Assembly (NCBI GenBank): GCA_041658585.1
Contig: JBAZZX010000002.1
Coordinates: 4,704 to 68,703 of the forward strand
DNA from: Thermodesulfovibrionales bacterium
Lineage (GTDB): Bacteria; Nitrospirota; Thermodesulfovibrionia; Thermodesulfovibrionales; SM23-35
Direction: 5' to 3'
Length of the DNA stretch: 64,000 nt
The notes under the pieces were generated by a model. That model was given only the letters and a program-made list of their open reading frames with translations. It did not search any database and had not been told where the DNA came from. Numbering within the stretch: the stretch's first letter is position 1; the number at the start of each line of letters is the position of its first letter. This document shows positions 26,615 through 38,934 of this stretch, in pieces. Both the position numbers and the translations under genes were made by a program.

Positions 26615-27859
26615 ATGATTATGACTGAGAAAACAATATTAGTAATCGATACTGACGCCGAGACTTCTCAGCGGGTCAAATCAATCCTTGAATCCGAAGG
26701 CTATACCGTCCATAACTCAGCCGGCAGAAACGACAGTATTTCCGCAGCCGTAAAAATAAAGCCTTCCCTGATATTCATCAATATCGCCATGCGGGACACC
26801 AGCGGGCTGGAAATAGCCAAGGGCATACACGAAACGGAATCTCTGAAAGACGTCCCTATAATTATCATCACCCCTCACGGCGGCACAATAGAGCCGCGCT
26901 ACACAGCCATGTACGGCATTGTTGATTTCATCAAAAAAGCCTTCAGTCCGGAAGAACTTATCTCCAAAACCATAGACGTCGTTGAAATGAAATCTCCGGA
27001 TCAACCGGCAGTCGGAGAAATACTTCCCGTACAGGCGCATGAACAGGAAGCCGCCGCGCTTCCGCCTTATGAAGAGCCGGTTTTTAAAAAGCTTCAGGCG
27101 GAAGAAATACCTGCCACGGGAATAGTCCCTCTTCAAGTCGCGGGAAAAGATGCTTTTTCAGATATTTCTGAAAAGACAACGACGGAAATTATACCTGAAC
27201 ATCAAAAAGAAGCCGCGCACGAAGGTCTTTCGGAAAAGCCTGTGCCGGAATACATTCGGGAGCCGGAAGCGGTTGAGAGCGAAGAACCTGCGGGAAAAAG
27301 TGGATCGGATATCCATTCGACGGAACCCGAGGTTGCCCTGCCTGATGAAGAAATCTATGAGAATATATCAGAGACTGTCGGGAGCAAACCCGGACGTAGA
27401 AACATGACCCTTGTTCTCTTTATTATCCTTGTCATTACTGCAGCCGGAGCAGGGTTTTATTTCTATACCGATTCATCCGGGAAGCCGGAGACACTGCAAC
27501 CTGCGCCTGTAAAATCTCCTCAGCCCATCATACAGGAAGCGCAAAAAGTCGAGCCGACGCGTGAACAGCAGGAAGCTAAGAAGGAGATAGCGTCTGCGGA
27601 AAAAAAGAAACCTTTTTATTCCGTTCAGCTCGGGATATTTAAAAAGGAGACAAATGCCTCCGCACTTGTAAAACACTTTACCAAACTCAACTACAAAACC
27701 TTTTCTTACAAGACCATCGGAAAAAATAAGAAAGCCCTTTACAGGGTCCTCATCGGAAGTTTCGACAACAAAAAGGAAGCCGACGCCCTGGCAAAGACTA
27801 TCATGTCAAAAGAGAACACAAAAGCACTTATCTTCCGGGAATCGGGCAAACCGCTATAA
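26615..27859 (+). CDS. Receiver-like domain / TM helix / SPOR-domain protein
   Basis: N-terminal CheY-like fold. One TM helix (LVLFIILVITAAGAGFYFY). C-terminal SPOR (YSVQLGIF...YRVLIGSFDNKKEADALA). Confidence 0.8.
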   Translation: MIMTEKTILVIDTDAETSQRVKSILESEGYTVHNSAGRNDSISAAVKIKPSLIFINIAMRDTSGLEIAKGIHETESLKDVPIIIITPHGGTIEPRYTAMYGIVDFIKKAFSPEELISKTIDVVEMKSPDQPAVGEILPVQAHEQEAAALPPYEEPVFKKLQAEEIPATGIVPLQVAGKDAFSDISEKTTTEIIPEHQKEAAHEGLSEKPVPEYIREPEAVESEEPAGKSGSDIHSTEPEVALPDEEIYENISETVGSKPGRRNMTLVLFIILVITAAGAGFYFYTDSSGKPETLQPAPVKSPQPIIQEAQKVEPTREQQEAKKEIASAEKKKPFYSVQLGIFKKETNASALVKHFTKLNYKTFSYKTIGKNKKALYRVLIGSFDNKKEADALAKTIMSKENTKALIFRESGKPL

Positions 27860-27935
27860 GATTTTAAGAACAATTTCTTTTCTCCCTTGATCCGCCTCAG
27901 ACACAGGGGTTTTAGTTTATTGTAAAATAAAAGAT

Positions 27936-29309
27936 ATGCTTAAAACCCTTGAAAACCAACCATCGAATCTCACTATAGGAAACCTCTGGTCGAACATCTG
28001 GCATATTTCCTGGCCTATGTTTCTCATCATGGTATTCAATTTTTTTGTCGGCTTTGCCGATGTTTATGTGGCAGGGCTTATTAATCCCGAGGTGCAGGCA
28101 GCGGTCGGTTTTATAAGCCAGATCTACTTCTTTATCATCATAATTGCAAATGCAGTCAGCATTGGGACTATAGCTCTGGTTTCACGGGCAACCGGCTCGG
28201 GGAACAGGCGTGAAGCTGTAAATGTGTCAAAACAGTCTCTGATCTTCAGCATCGTAATTGCCCTCGGATTAACGGCAACCGGACTCGTATTTAATCATGA
28301 AATACTCTCCCTGTCCGGGTTTCCGCCAACAATCAGAGATATTTCAGAAAAATTTTTCAAGGTCTTTGCCCTGGCTCTGGGACCCAACTATATCCTGATC
28401 GTTTCTAATGCAATATTCCGTGCAAGCGGCGAGGTGAAAAAACCGTTGTTCACCATGTTTCTTGTCGCCATCATAAATATTATAGGAGACTTTCTTCTTG
28501 TCTTCGGTATGCTCTCGTTTCCAAAAATGGGCTACATCGGCATTGCCGTCTCTACAGCCTCGTCGGTAACGGTCGGGATGATGATTAATCTCCTGTTTTT
28601 TTCAACAGCGAAGTGGAAAGACTTTTATCTGAGCAGATGGGGTATCGCGGCGTCCACTATAAAAAAGATTGTCCGCATCGGTTGGCCTTCAGCCCTGCTC
28701 CAGATAGCCTGGAATGCCGGGAGCATCGTCCTTTATAACATTCTTGGCAGATTGGGAGACGCAAGTATTACGGCCCTTGCCTCTCTTACCAACGGATTGA
28801 GGATAGAGGCGATAGTTTATCTTCCAGCCTTTGCCCTTAATATGTCGGCGTCCGTATTGATAGGGCAAAACCTTGGCGCAAAAAACTTTGAGCGCGCGGA
28901 AAATTTAGGATGGAAGATAGCCATGACGGGAGTAATGCTTATGAGTTCTATGGCTTGCATACTTTTTATCTATGCCGGAACAGTCGCCTCAGTCCTCACA
29001 CAAGACCATGCCGTTCTTGAGGAAACAACAAGGTATCTCAGGATCAATATGTTGTCGGAGCCTTTTATGGCCTTGAGCGTTATTCTGGCAGGCGCGCTTC
29101 AGGGAGCGGGCGACACAAGGGGCGCTATGTGGATCATAATCACGGCTATGTGGTTCATCAGGCTTCCCCTTGCGTACTTCCTTGCTGTTATAATGGATTA
29201 TGGAGCATCCGGTGTCTGGGTTGCGATGATAACCTCGATGACCGCACAGGGTCTGCTCATGACATGGAGATTCCATAAGGGACACTGGAAATATCTGAAG
29301 CTGAAGTAA
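27936..29309 (+). CDS. MATE-family efflux transporter
   Basis: 457 aa with a 12-TM-like pattern and family-typical N-terminus. Confidence 0.75.
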   Translation: MLKTLENQPSNLTIGNLWSNIWHISWPMFLIMVFNFFVGFADVYVAGLINPEVQAAVGFISQIYFFIIIIANAVSIGTIALVSRATGSGNRREAVNVSKQSLIFSIVIALGLTATGLVFNHEILSLSGFPPTIRDISEKFFKVFALALGPNYILIVSNAIFRASGEVKKPLFTMFLVAIINIIGDFLLVFGMLSFPKMGYIGIAVSTASSVTVGMMINLLFFSTAKWKDFYLSRWGIAASTIKKIVRIGWPSALLQIAWNAGSIVLYNILGRLGDASITALASLTNGLRIEAIVYLPAFALNMSASVLIGQNLGAKNFERAENLGWKIAMTGVMLMSSMACILFIYAGTVASVLTQDHAVLEETTRYLRINMLSEPFMALSVILAGALQGAGDTRGAMWIIITAMWFIRLPLAYFLAVIMDYGASGVWVAMITSMTAQGLLMTWRFHKGHWKYLKLK

Positions 29310-29326
29310 CTCTTCAGTTGCATAAA

Positions 29327-29493
29327 ATGAAAGGCAGGCATGACAAAAAACCTTTTGAATGCGACAAAAATTGAGCCATATTCACCTGAAGGCACTTTTA
29401 ACCTAAAGTGCATTTTAGATAAATGCAAGCTGCCATGTGTAAATAGTACATTATGGAGTCGCCAAAAGCTCTTTCATCATGCCTGCCTTTCAT
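29327..29493. mobile_element. Family-C MITE-like element
   Basis: atgaaaggcaggcatgacaaaaaa ... tcatcatgcctgcctttcat. The internal sequence is homologous to 61450..61616. Confidence 0.8.
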
Positions 29494-29543
29494 TTTGAGA
29501 ATATCTTATGCAACGTTTATAGTAATAGACGAGGAGAAATTAT

Positions 29544-30776
29544 ATGTTAAAGTTTTACAACACGCTGGGCAGGAAGACGGAGGTCTTTCATCCTGTAAAC
29601 AAAAAAGTCGTAACGATCTTCACCTGCGGTCCATCGGTTTACCAAAGGGCCCATATAGGGAATTTCAGGACCTTTCTTTTTGAAGATATACTCGAACGGT
29701 ACCTCGAATATTCAGGGTTTTCCGTCAGGAGGGGGATGAACTTTACGGATATTGAGGATAAGGCGATTAAGGAAGCTGAACAGAGAAAGCTGACGCTGTC
29801 TCATCTTACGGGGAAAAACATCAAACATTTTCTCCACGAAATGAAACTGCTACGCATGAAGATTCCTGATTACCTGCCCAAGGCGTCGGAAAGCGTCCAT
29901 GAGTCGGTGAAGATCATAGAAAAGCTGCTCGAAGAGGGGATTGCATACCGGCACAAGGGAAATATCTATTTTGATCCGTTAAAATTTCAGGGGTTCGGAA
30001 AACTCTACGGCCTCGACATGTCGCGCTGGCCTGCCCGTAAAAAGCGTTTCCACAAGGATACGTATCCGGGCGTTCAATGGAATCTTGGAGACTTCATCTT
30101 ATGGCATGGGTATAAGCCGGGCGAGCGCTATTACTGGGATACGGGTATCGGAAGAGGAAGGCCGTCCTGGAATGTCCAGGACCCCGGAATGGTCGTCAGA
30201 TATTTCGATGAGACCCTGTCTATTTATTGCGGCGGGATAGACAACCTTTACAGGCATCACGACTATAACCTGGCGATTCTTGAATCCTTCAGACCTTATC
30301 CTATGGCAAGATACTGGCTGCACTGCAATCATCTTTATGTGGACGGCCGGAAGATGTCGAAAAGCAAAGGGAATATACTGCATATCGATGACCTCAAAAA
30401 ACGGGGGTATAACCGGTCTGAAATACGGTTCTTCCTGATCTACGGGAACTACCGCAAAAGGATGAATTATTCGGATGAAAACATGCGGGCATCCGCGAAT
30501 AAACTGAGGGGTTTACAGAAGACGGTTAAACAGATAGAGAAAGCTTTAAAGAAAAAACCGTCCTCTTCGCTTTCGGGAAAAAGCGGACATTCGGATAACC
30601 AACTGAAAAGAATTTTTATCAAACATATGGATAACGACTTAAATGTAAAAGACGCCTTTGACGGCTTTTGTGAAATAATATCCGGGATAAAGGTTGACGG
30701 ACTAAACCCTGCAGAGGCGTCGGAAATTATTAAAAGCCTGAAGGATATAGATGAGGTTCTTAAGGTTATTTTCTGA
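29544..30776 (+). CDS. Cysteinyl-tRNA-synthetase-like class I ligase (divergent, short)
   Basis: MLKFYNTLGRK..., TCGPSVY, HIGN in place of HIGH, and KMSKS. 410 aa. See the findings for the altered zinc-site positions. Confidence 0.7.
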   Translation: MLKFYNTLGRKTEVFHPVNKKVVTIFTCGPSVYQRAHIGNFRTFLFEDILERYLEYSGFSVRRGMNFTDIEDKAIKEAEQRKLTLSHLTGKNIKHFLHEMKLLRMKIPDYLPKASESVHESVKIIEKLLEEGIAYRHKGNIYFDPLKFQGFGKLYGLDMSRWPARKKRFHKDTYPGVQWNLGDFILWHGYKPGERYYWDTGIGRGRPSWNVQDPGMVVRYFDETLSIYCGGIDNLYRHHDYNLAILESFRPYPMARYWLHCNHLYVDGRKMSKSKGNILHIDDLKKRGYNRSEIRFFLIYGNYRKRMNYSDENMRASANKLRGLQKTVKQIEKALKKKPSSSLSGKSGHSDNQLKRIFIKHMDNDLNVKDAFDGFCEIISGIKVDGLNPAEASEIIKSLKDIDEVLKVIF

Positions 30777-30874
30777 TATACCGGCAAACAAAGGTTTATG
30801 TCGGGATACACAATATTTAAATATACATGTTACCTTGCAGATCCGTTGCGGGGTATTTCATTCAGGAGGGACCA

Positions 30875-32500
30875 ATGGCACAGGCATTTCAGGACGCGGC
30901 GTCCTGCTGGAAAGCTATCCTTTCAAATGTCGTTGAAAACAGGCAGTTGCTGCAGGTTATCGAAAAATTTGCGCGGGATAACCCGAGGCCGGCGCCGATC
31001 ATCTTCGGCACATCCGGCTGGCGGGGAGAGATAGGAACCGATTTCACATTCAACAACATCAGGATTGTAACTGCAGCGATTATTGAAATGTTCAGGAGTA
31101 AAGACCCTGCCGTCCTTAAAGCGCTGGGCGTCCCGGGATTTGATGAAATAAAAAATCGCGGGGTCATAGTCGGTCATGACAACCGTTTTCTTGGACGGGA
31201 TTTTGCCATGGAGGTCATAGGACTTCTTCAGAAAGCGGGTATCAAGACATGGTACGCAGGCGAAGCGCCCACACCTCAATTCTCGACAGGCATAGAAATG
31301 CTGAAGGCTGCGTGCTCCATCAACCTCACTCCCTCCCATAATCCGGCAAATTATGCCGGGTTTAAATTCAACCCATCCGACGGCGGCCCGGCAGGCAGCG
31401 AGATAACCATGAAGATTGAAGAAATCGCAAACGCCATGATGAAAAAATCGGCAGTCATACAGCCGTTTAAACCCGGGCACGTCGAGCCGATAGACCTTAA
31501 TGAGCTTTATATCCGTTTCATAAACGAAAGAAAGACAATTGCTTTGGAAAATATCCGTTCCTTTATCGACAGGGAAGACTGCCTGATCTGCATCGATAAT
31601 GTGCACGGTTCGACAAGGGGCTGCATCGAAAAGATCCTCGGCAAAAGCGCCAAGATCGTCTATCTCAGAACGGAGGATGATTATCTTTTCGGAGGCGTGG
31701 CTCCGGAGCCTTCTGAAAAAAATATGCAGCGGGTGGAAAAGGTTTTGGCTGAAAGCAGGTCCCGATTTAAACTGGGAGTCATTATGGACCCCGACGGAGA
31801 CCGGATAAGATATTCCGACGGTTCCATGCAGATACCGATGAACTACTTCGGCGCAATGGCATTCCATTTCCTTCATGTCCATAAAGGTTTTTCAGGAGTT
31901 GTTGCAAAGTCGGTCGGCACAAGCAATCTTGTCAATGCCGTTGCTGAAAAACTCGGCGTAACGGTCAGGGAAACAAAGGTCGGATTCAAAAACTTCAGGC
32001 CCTTTATGGTTCAGGAAGCATCCGAGAAAGCCGTCGTCGCGTTCGAGGAATCAGACGGCATCTCCGGATTTAATCATACCCTTGAGAAAGACGCGCTCTT
32101 CGGACTTCTCCTCGCCGTCGAAATGATGTCCGTCACGGGAAAGAATCCGGGCGCGTATCTGAAGGACATCATGGATGAATTCGGCTACTATTATCCGGAC
32201 CGTTCCGGCATATCGGTAGACCCTTCGCTTGTCGGCGAGACCCTCGTCAAAAGGCTTTCGACAATTCAACAGAGCTATGGGAAAGGTACCGGGATTGTTA
32301 TCGGCAATAAAAAAAGAACGGTCCGGGACGTCATAACGGTTGACGGTACTAAACTCGTTTTCGACGACGGTTCATGGCTGATGATAAGGCCTTCGGGAAC
32401 CGAACCCAAGGTCAGGTTCTATATCGAAGCGCGGACCGAAGAAGACAAAAAGGCCGTCTTTGAGGTCGCGGAAAAACTTACCAGAGAAGCAATAAGTTAA
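30875..32500 (+). CDS. Alpha-D-phosphohexomutase (phosphoglucomutase/phosphomannomutase family)
   Basis: Active-site LTPSHNPANYAGFKF and the metal loop DPDGDR. The ATG at 30875 follows aggaggg. Confidence 0.85.
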   Translation: MAQAFQDAASCWKAILSNVVENRQLLQVIEKFARDNPRPAPIIFGTSGWRGEIGTDFTFNNIRIVTAAIIEMFRSKDPAVLKALGVPGFDEIKNRGVIVGHDNRFLGRDFAMEVIGLLQKAGIKTWYAGEAPTPQFSTGIEMLKAACSINLTPSHNPANYAGFKFNPSDGGPAGSEITMKIEEIANAMMKKSAVIQPFKPGHVEPIDLNELYIRFINERKTIALENIRSFIDREDCLICIDNVHGSTRGCIEKILGKSAKIVYLRTEDDYLFGGVAPEPSEKNMQRVEKVLAESRSRFKLGVIMDPDGDRIRYSDGSMQIPMNYFGAMAFHFLHVHKGFSGVVAKSVGTSNLVNAVAEKLGVTVRETKVGFKNFRPFMVQEASEKAVVAFEESDGISGFNHTLEKDALFGLLLAVEMMSVTGKNPGAYLKDIMDEFGYYYPDRSGISVDPSLVGETLVKRLSTIQQSYGKGTGIVIGNKKRTVRDVITVDGTKLVFDDGSWLMIRPSGTEPKVRFYIEARTEEDKKAVFEVAEKLTREAIS

Positions 32501-32546
32501 ATGACGGCCTTTATTAAAACCCGGAATGTAAATGAACTATATGATT

Positions 32547-32674
32547 GAACTGAGGATAGAGTATTTTCGCTCATTCTCGGTCGTTCCTCCCTGCGAGGCT
32601 TTTGCCTCTTTATTTTTATATACCTTATTTGACTATCGGCAAAAAAAACCGCTCAAATACTCTATCCTCAGTTC
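32547..32674. mobile_element. Family-D MITE-like element
   Basis: gaactgaggatagagtatttt ... aaatactctatcctcagttc. A second copy lies at 42613..42740. Confidence 0.8.
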
Positions 32675-32703
32675 CTGTTGCCATTTTTACTAATAATTCG
32701 GAG

Positions 32704-32752
32704 AAACTACGTCGGACTAAAATAAATTTATTTTAGACATTTGCAGTTTTTG
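32704..32752. repeat. Family-B terminal repeats joined head to head (collapsed element)
   Basis: aaactacgtcggactaaaataaa / tttattttagacatttgcagttttt with no internal segment. Confidence 0.6.
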
Positions 32753-32760
32753 AATTAATA

Positions 32761-33096
32761 TCACCCGGAAAACGCCAAAGAGATTGAAAAGAACGGCTCC
32801 TCTATTGTTTCACTGCGGCAGACAGGACATCTGCCAGGTTTTCTAAGTCTGTCCCTTTTTCTGAAAAGAAATCCGCATTTCCTGCAGACGGCAGGCTTAA
32901 TAATAAATCCGCGTTCGCCCTTGCCGATGCTTTTCCGGATATGCTCGAGATGTTCATATACTTCTTTTTCAGAGATGCCAACCTCTGCGGATATTGCCTT
33001 TGCTGAAAGTTCATTGGCCTTAAGCAGGGACAATATCTCCCGGCGGATGGTTTCGCGCCGTTCAACAGGGACACTTGGTTCCTTCTTTTTTTTCAT
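32761..33096 (-). CDS. HTH domain fused to a zinc-ribbon regulator
   Basis: LSAKAISAEVGISEKEVYEHLEHI plus CRKCG...CPVC. Confidence 0.65.
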   Translation of the reverse strand: MKKKKEPSVPVERRETIRREILSLLKANELSAKAISAEVGISEKEVYEHLEHIRKSIGKGERGFIIKPAVCRKCGFLFRKRDRLRKPGRCPVCRSETIEEPFFSISLAFSG

Positions 33097-33103
33097 ATCG
33101 GTA

Positions 33104-34216
33104 CTACTCAGTGAAAGCCTTATGTATTATTCTCACAAAGTTGTCCGCCAAACGGGGGTTAAACATGCCTTCAGACTTGTTTTTTATGATATAGACGACT
33201 TCCTTAAACTCTGAAGCCTCCCGATAGGGTCTCCGGCTCCTCAAGGCATCGAAGAAATCTGCAATTGCTATAATCTGCGCGCAGAGATGCTGCTTCTTGC
33301 CGTTCAACCGTAGTGCAGGGTATCCTTTTCCATCATATCTCATGTGATGTTCAAAAGCCGCTATAGCTGCAAGCCGCGTAATACCATCAAGCCTTGCGAG
33401 ATATACGGCCCCATACAGAGGATGAAGCTCGATCTGTTGCCACTCTGTCGGGTCAAGAGATCCTTTTTTTTCAAGCACTTCCTGAGCGATGAATAACTTG
33501 CCGATATCATGCAGAAGCCCTGCGATACCGATTTCACGGAGCAGATCATTCCCGATACCCAGTGACTCCGCCTGGAATATGGAGAGGACCGCAACATTTG
33601 TTGCATGGGTAAAGGTATATTCACTGTATGTTTTTATGGGACTTATAACTTTTAAGATATTAACTCCCTTCTTGCAGCTTATGATGAAATTGGACACAAT
33701 CTCCTCAAGGCCGGCGATATTCATCGTTTTAGAAGAAGATATCTCGGAGAAAACTTCCCGAACTTTTTGAACTTGTTCCAAAGAAAAGGCCGGAAGATTT
33801 TCAAGGTTGATATGAATATCCGTCTTTGATCCTCCTGTTTTTACGTCGACGACGCCTATCCTGATATGCGGTGACGACTTGAGATCCGCTTTTGCATCAG
33901 ACAGAGCAAGAATCATTTGTTTCATTTCTTCAAAGTTAATATCCTTTAAAAAATCCACGCGGGAAATGCCTTTCCGTTTCAGGTTCTTGATAAAACTCTT
34001 ACCCTGTACCCCGATCTTTCTAAAAGGTTTTTTATTCACGATAATATCTTCGTCCACAACCATGATTTCAAGAACCTCTGATTCCTCATGAATGCCCCGT
34101 AACAAATCGAGAGCCCTCCGGGTGAAATCGTCAACCGAAGAATGGCCTTTATCATAGAGCATACAAATAGATACGGCCGACATAAGCGTTGAAAGATATG
34201 TCTTAACGTCTTTCAT
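33104..34216 (-). CDS. HD-GYP domain protein (putative c-di-GMP phosphodiesterase)
   Basis: HDIGK and HHMRYDGKGYP. Confidence 0.85.
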   Translation of the reverse strand: MKDVKTYLSTLMSAVSICMLYDKGHSSVDDFTRRALDLLRGIHEESEVLEIMVVDEDIIVNKKPFRKIGVQGKSFIKNLKRKGISRVDFLKDINFEEMKQMILALSDAKADLKSSPHIRIGVVDVKTGGSKTDIHINLENLPAFSLEQVQKVREVFSEISSSKTMNIAGLEEIVSNFIISCKKGVNILKVISPIKTYSEYTFTHATNVAVLSIFQAESLGIGNDLLREIGIAGLLHDIGKLFIAQEVLEKKGSLDPTEWQQIELHPLYGAVYLARLDGITRLAAIAAFEHHMRYDGKGYPALRLNGKKQHLCAQIIAIADFFDALRSRRPYREASEFKEVVYIIKNKSEGMFNPRLADNFVRIIHKAFTE

Positions 34217-37392
<3,176 letters not shown>

Positions 37393-37452
37393 TTACTTAT
37401 ATTGTATCAGATAAACGGGAAGGATATTTCCGGGAGGACCGTTAGCGACAAC

Positions 37453-37477
37453 AAAAAAGGCGGGACTTAAGCCCGCC
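37453..37477 (-). terminator. Terminator after rpmA
   Basis: A ggcggg / cccgcc hairpin with a T-run on the minus strand. Confidence 0.6.
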
Positions 37478-37502
37478 TTTTGCTTTTCTTTTTAAAGATA
37501 TT

Positions 37503-37769
37503 CTACAGCGCCGGGGCTGCCGGATAGATGCTGATCTGCAGTCTTGTACGGTCTTTGCGTTCGAAAGTGACGACGCCGTCGACCTTTGCGAAGAGGGTGT
37601 CATCCGAACCCTTGCCGACATTCATGCCTGGATGGAATTTGGTGCCCCGCTGCCTGACGAGAATGCTGCCTGCGCGGACAAGCTGACCGCCGTATCTTTT
37701 TATTCCAAGGCGTTTTGACTCGCTGTCACGCCCGTTCCTTGAACTTCCAACACCTTTTTTATGCGCCAT
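37503..37769 (-). CDS. rpmA: Ribosomal protein L27
   Basis: [22 protein letters not shown]. Confidence 0.95.
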   Translation of the reverse strand: MAHKKGVGSSRNGRDSESKRLGIKRYGGQLVRAGSILVRQRGTKFHPGMNVGKGSDDTLFAKVDGVVTFERKDRTRLQISIYPAAPAL

Positions 37770-37771
37770 AT

Positions 37772-38089
37772 CTAGGCCTCCAGAATAATCTCTTTTATTT
37801 TCAGAGAAGTATAGAACTGCCTGTGTCCGTTTGTCTTTCTGTAAACTTTACGGGGTCTCTGTTTGTGCACAAGGACCTTGCGCGTTTTACCGATACCCTC
37901 AACGGAAGCGATAACCTTTGCGCCCCGGACATAAGGAGCGCCATAAATGCTCCCGTCATCTTTTGTCACCATCAACACCTTGTCGATAGTGACATCCATA
38001 CCTGTTTCCTGAGGGAGTTTTTCCACTTTTATCATCTCACCCTGTGAAACTTTGTACTGTTTTCCACCGGTCTCTATTATTGCGTACAT
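37772..38089 (-). CDS. rplU: Ribosomal protein L21
   Basis: [14 protein letters not shown]. Confidence 0.95.
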   Translation of the reverse strand: MYAIIETGGKQYKVSQGEMIKVEKLPQETGMDVTIDKVLMVTKDDGSIYGAPYVRGAKVIASVEGIGKTRKVLVHKQRPRKVYRKTNGHRQFYTSLKIKEIILEA

Positions 38090-38232
38090 TTCTTAACACC
38101 TCCGAATAAATAAAATAACATAAAAAAGGTTTAAAAAACAACCCGCACAAAATATTGCAACATTTCAATGCCTTTTTCGACGTCAAGGAGCCCGGAAGCT
38201 TTCGGAACCCTTTTTGCACACAACTAATGAGA

Positions 38233-38913
38233 CTACATCTCTTCCATCGTATCCAGAAATTCCTGTAATATCCGTTCATCGTCTTCCGATATTTCAAAGA
38301 ACTCGATGCCGATTTCGTATTTGGCAATATTATCGACTACGACTTCCTTGCTATAGGCGACTCTTCCGACAATGTTCAGATTACGGTCATTAATAATCAA
38401 TTCAATATTATAGTGCGCTTCGATATCAAGAGGATATTCCGTCTCTACAAGCATTCCGGAAAAGCTGATTTTTATTACTTTATATTCATGCGGCAGGTCG
38501 ACTTTCATATGCTCTTTGGAGAAGATATTAAACCTCACCCCTCCGAGTCTGTTTTCGCGTTTTTTTATTCTGTTGTCCTCAATGAATTGCAGGAGCATAT
38601 TGGCTTTTTCGCTCAGGGTATCGGTGAATCTGATGCCGGCCCTGTAAACAGGGGTAACGGCTCCGTTATTCTTGTCTACTTTTGATACGAGTATTGCCCA
38701 GACAACGCGGCCTCTTAAACTTATAAAAGAATCATGATATTTTATCTTGAAGGTATATTCACGATTTAATTCAAGCCGTTTTGCAGTCTCTATCGCGGCC
38801 CCGTCAATGCTGAGATTGAGCACTTCTATGTCGGAGGTGTAAAGGACGTTCCCTTCAATGCCTTCTACGACATGCCTCTTGTTTCGTCTGTTATCGCCGT
38901 CTTTTTCTTTCAT
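38233..38913 (-). CDS. Tandem PilZ-domain protein
   Basis: RRNKRH...LSIDGA, followed by a second ...RF...ISFSGMLVE unit. Confidence 0.7.
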   Translation of the reverse strand: MKEKDGDNRRNKRHVVEGIEGNVLYTSDIEVLNLSIDGAAIETAKRLELNREYTFKIKYHDSFISLRGRVVWAILVSKVDKNNGAVTPVYRAGIRFTDTLSEKANMLLQFIEDNRIKKRENRLGGVRFNIFSKEHMKVDLPHEYKVIKISFSGMLVETEYPLDIEAHYNIELIINDRNLNIVGRVAYSKEVVVDNIAKYEIGIEFFEISEDDERILQEFLDTMEEM

Positions 38914-38934
38914 ACGTTTTGCCTGTTTAGTTGT

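Noticed and set aside
30923-31882. A 319-aa minus-strand ORF.
   Set aside because: It is antisense to the phosphohexomutase gene. The sense frame carries the diagnostic TPSHNP and DPDGDR motifs, and the antisense product has no recognisable features.
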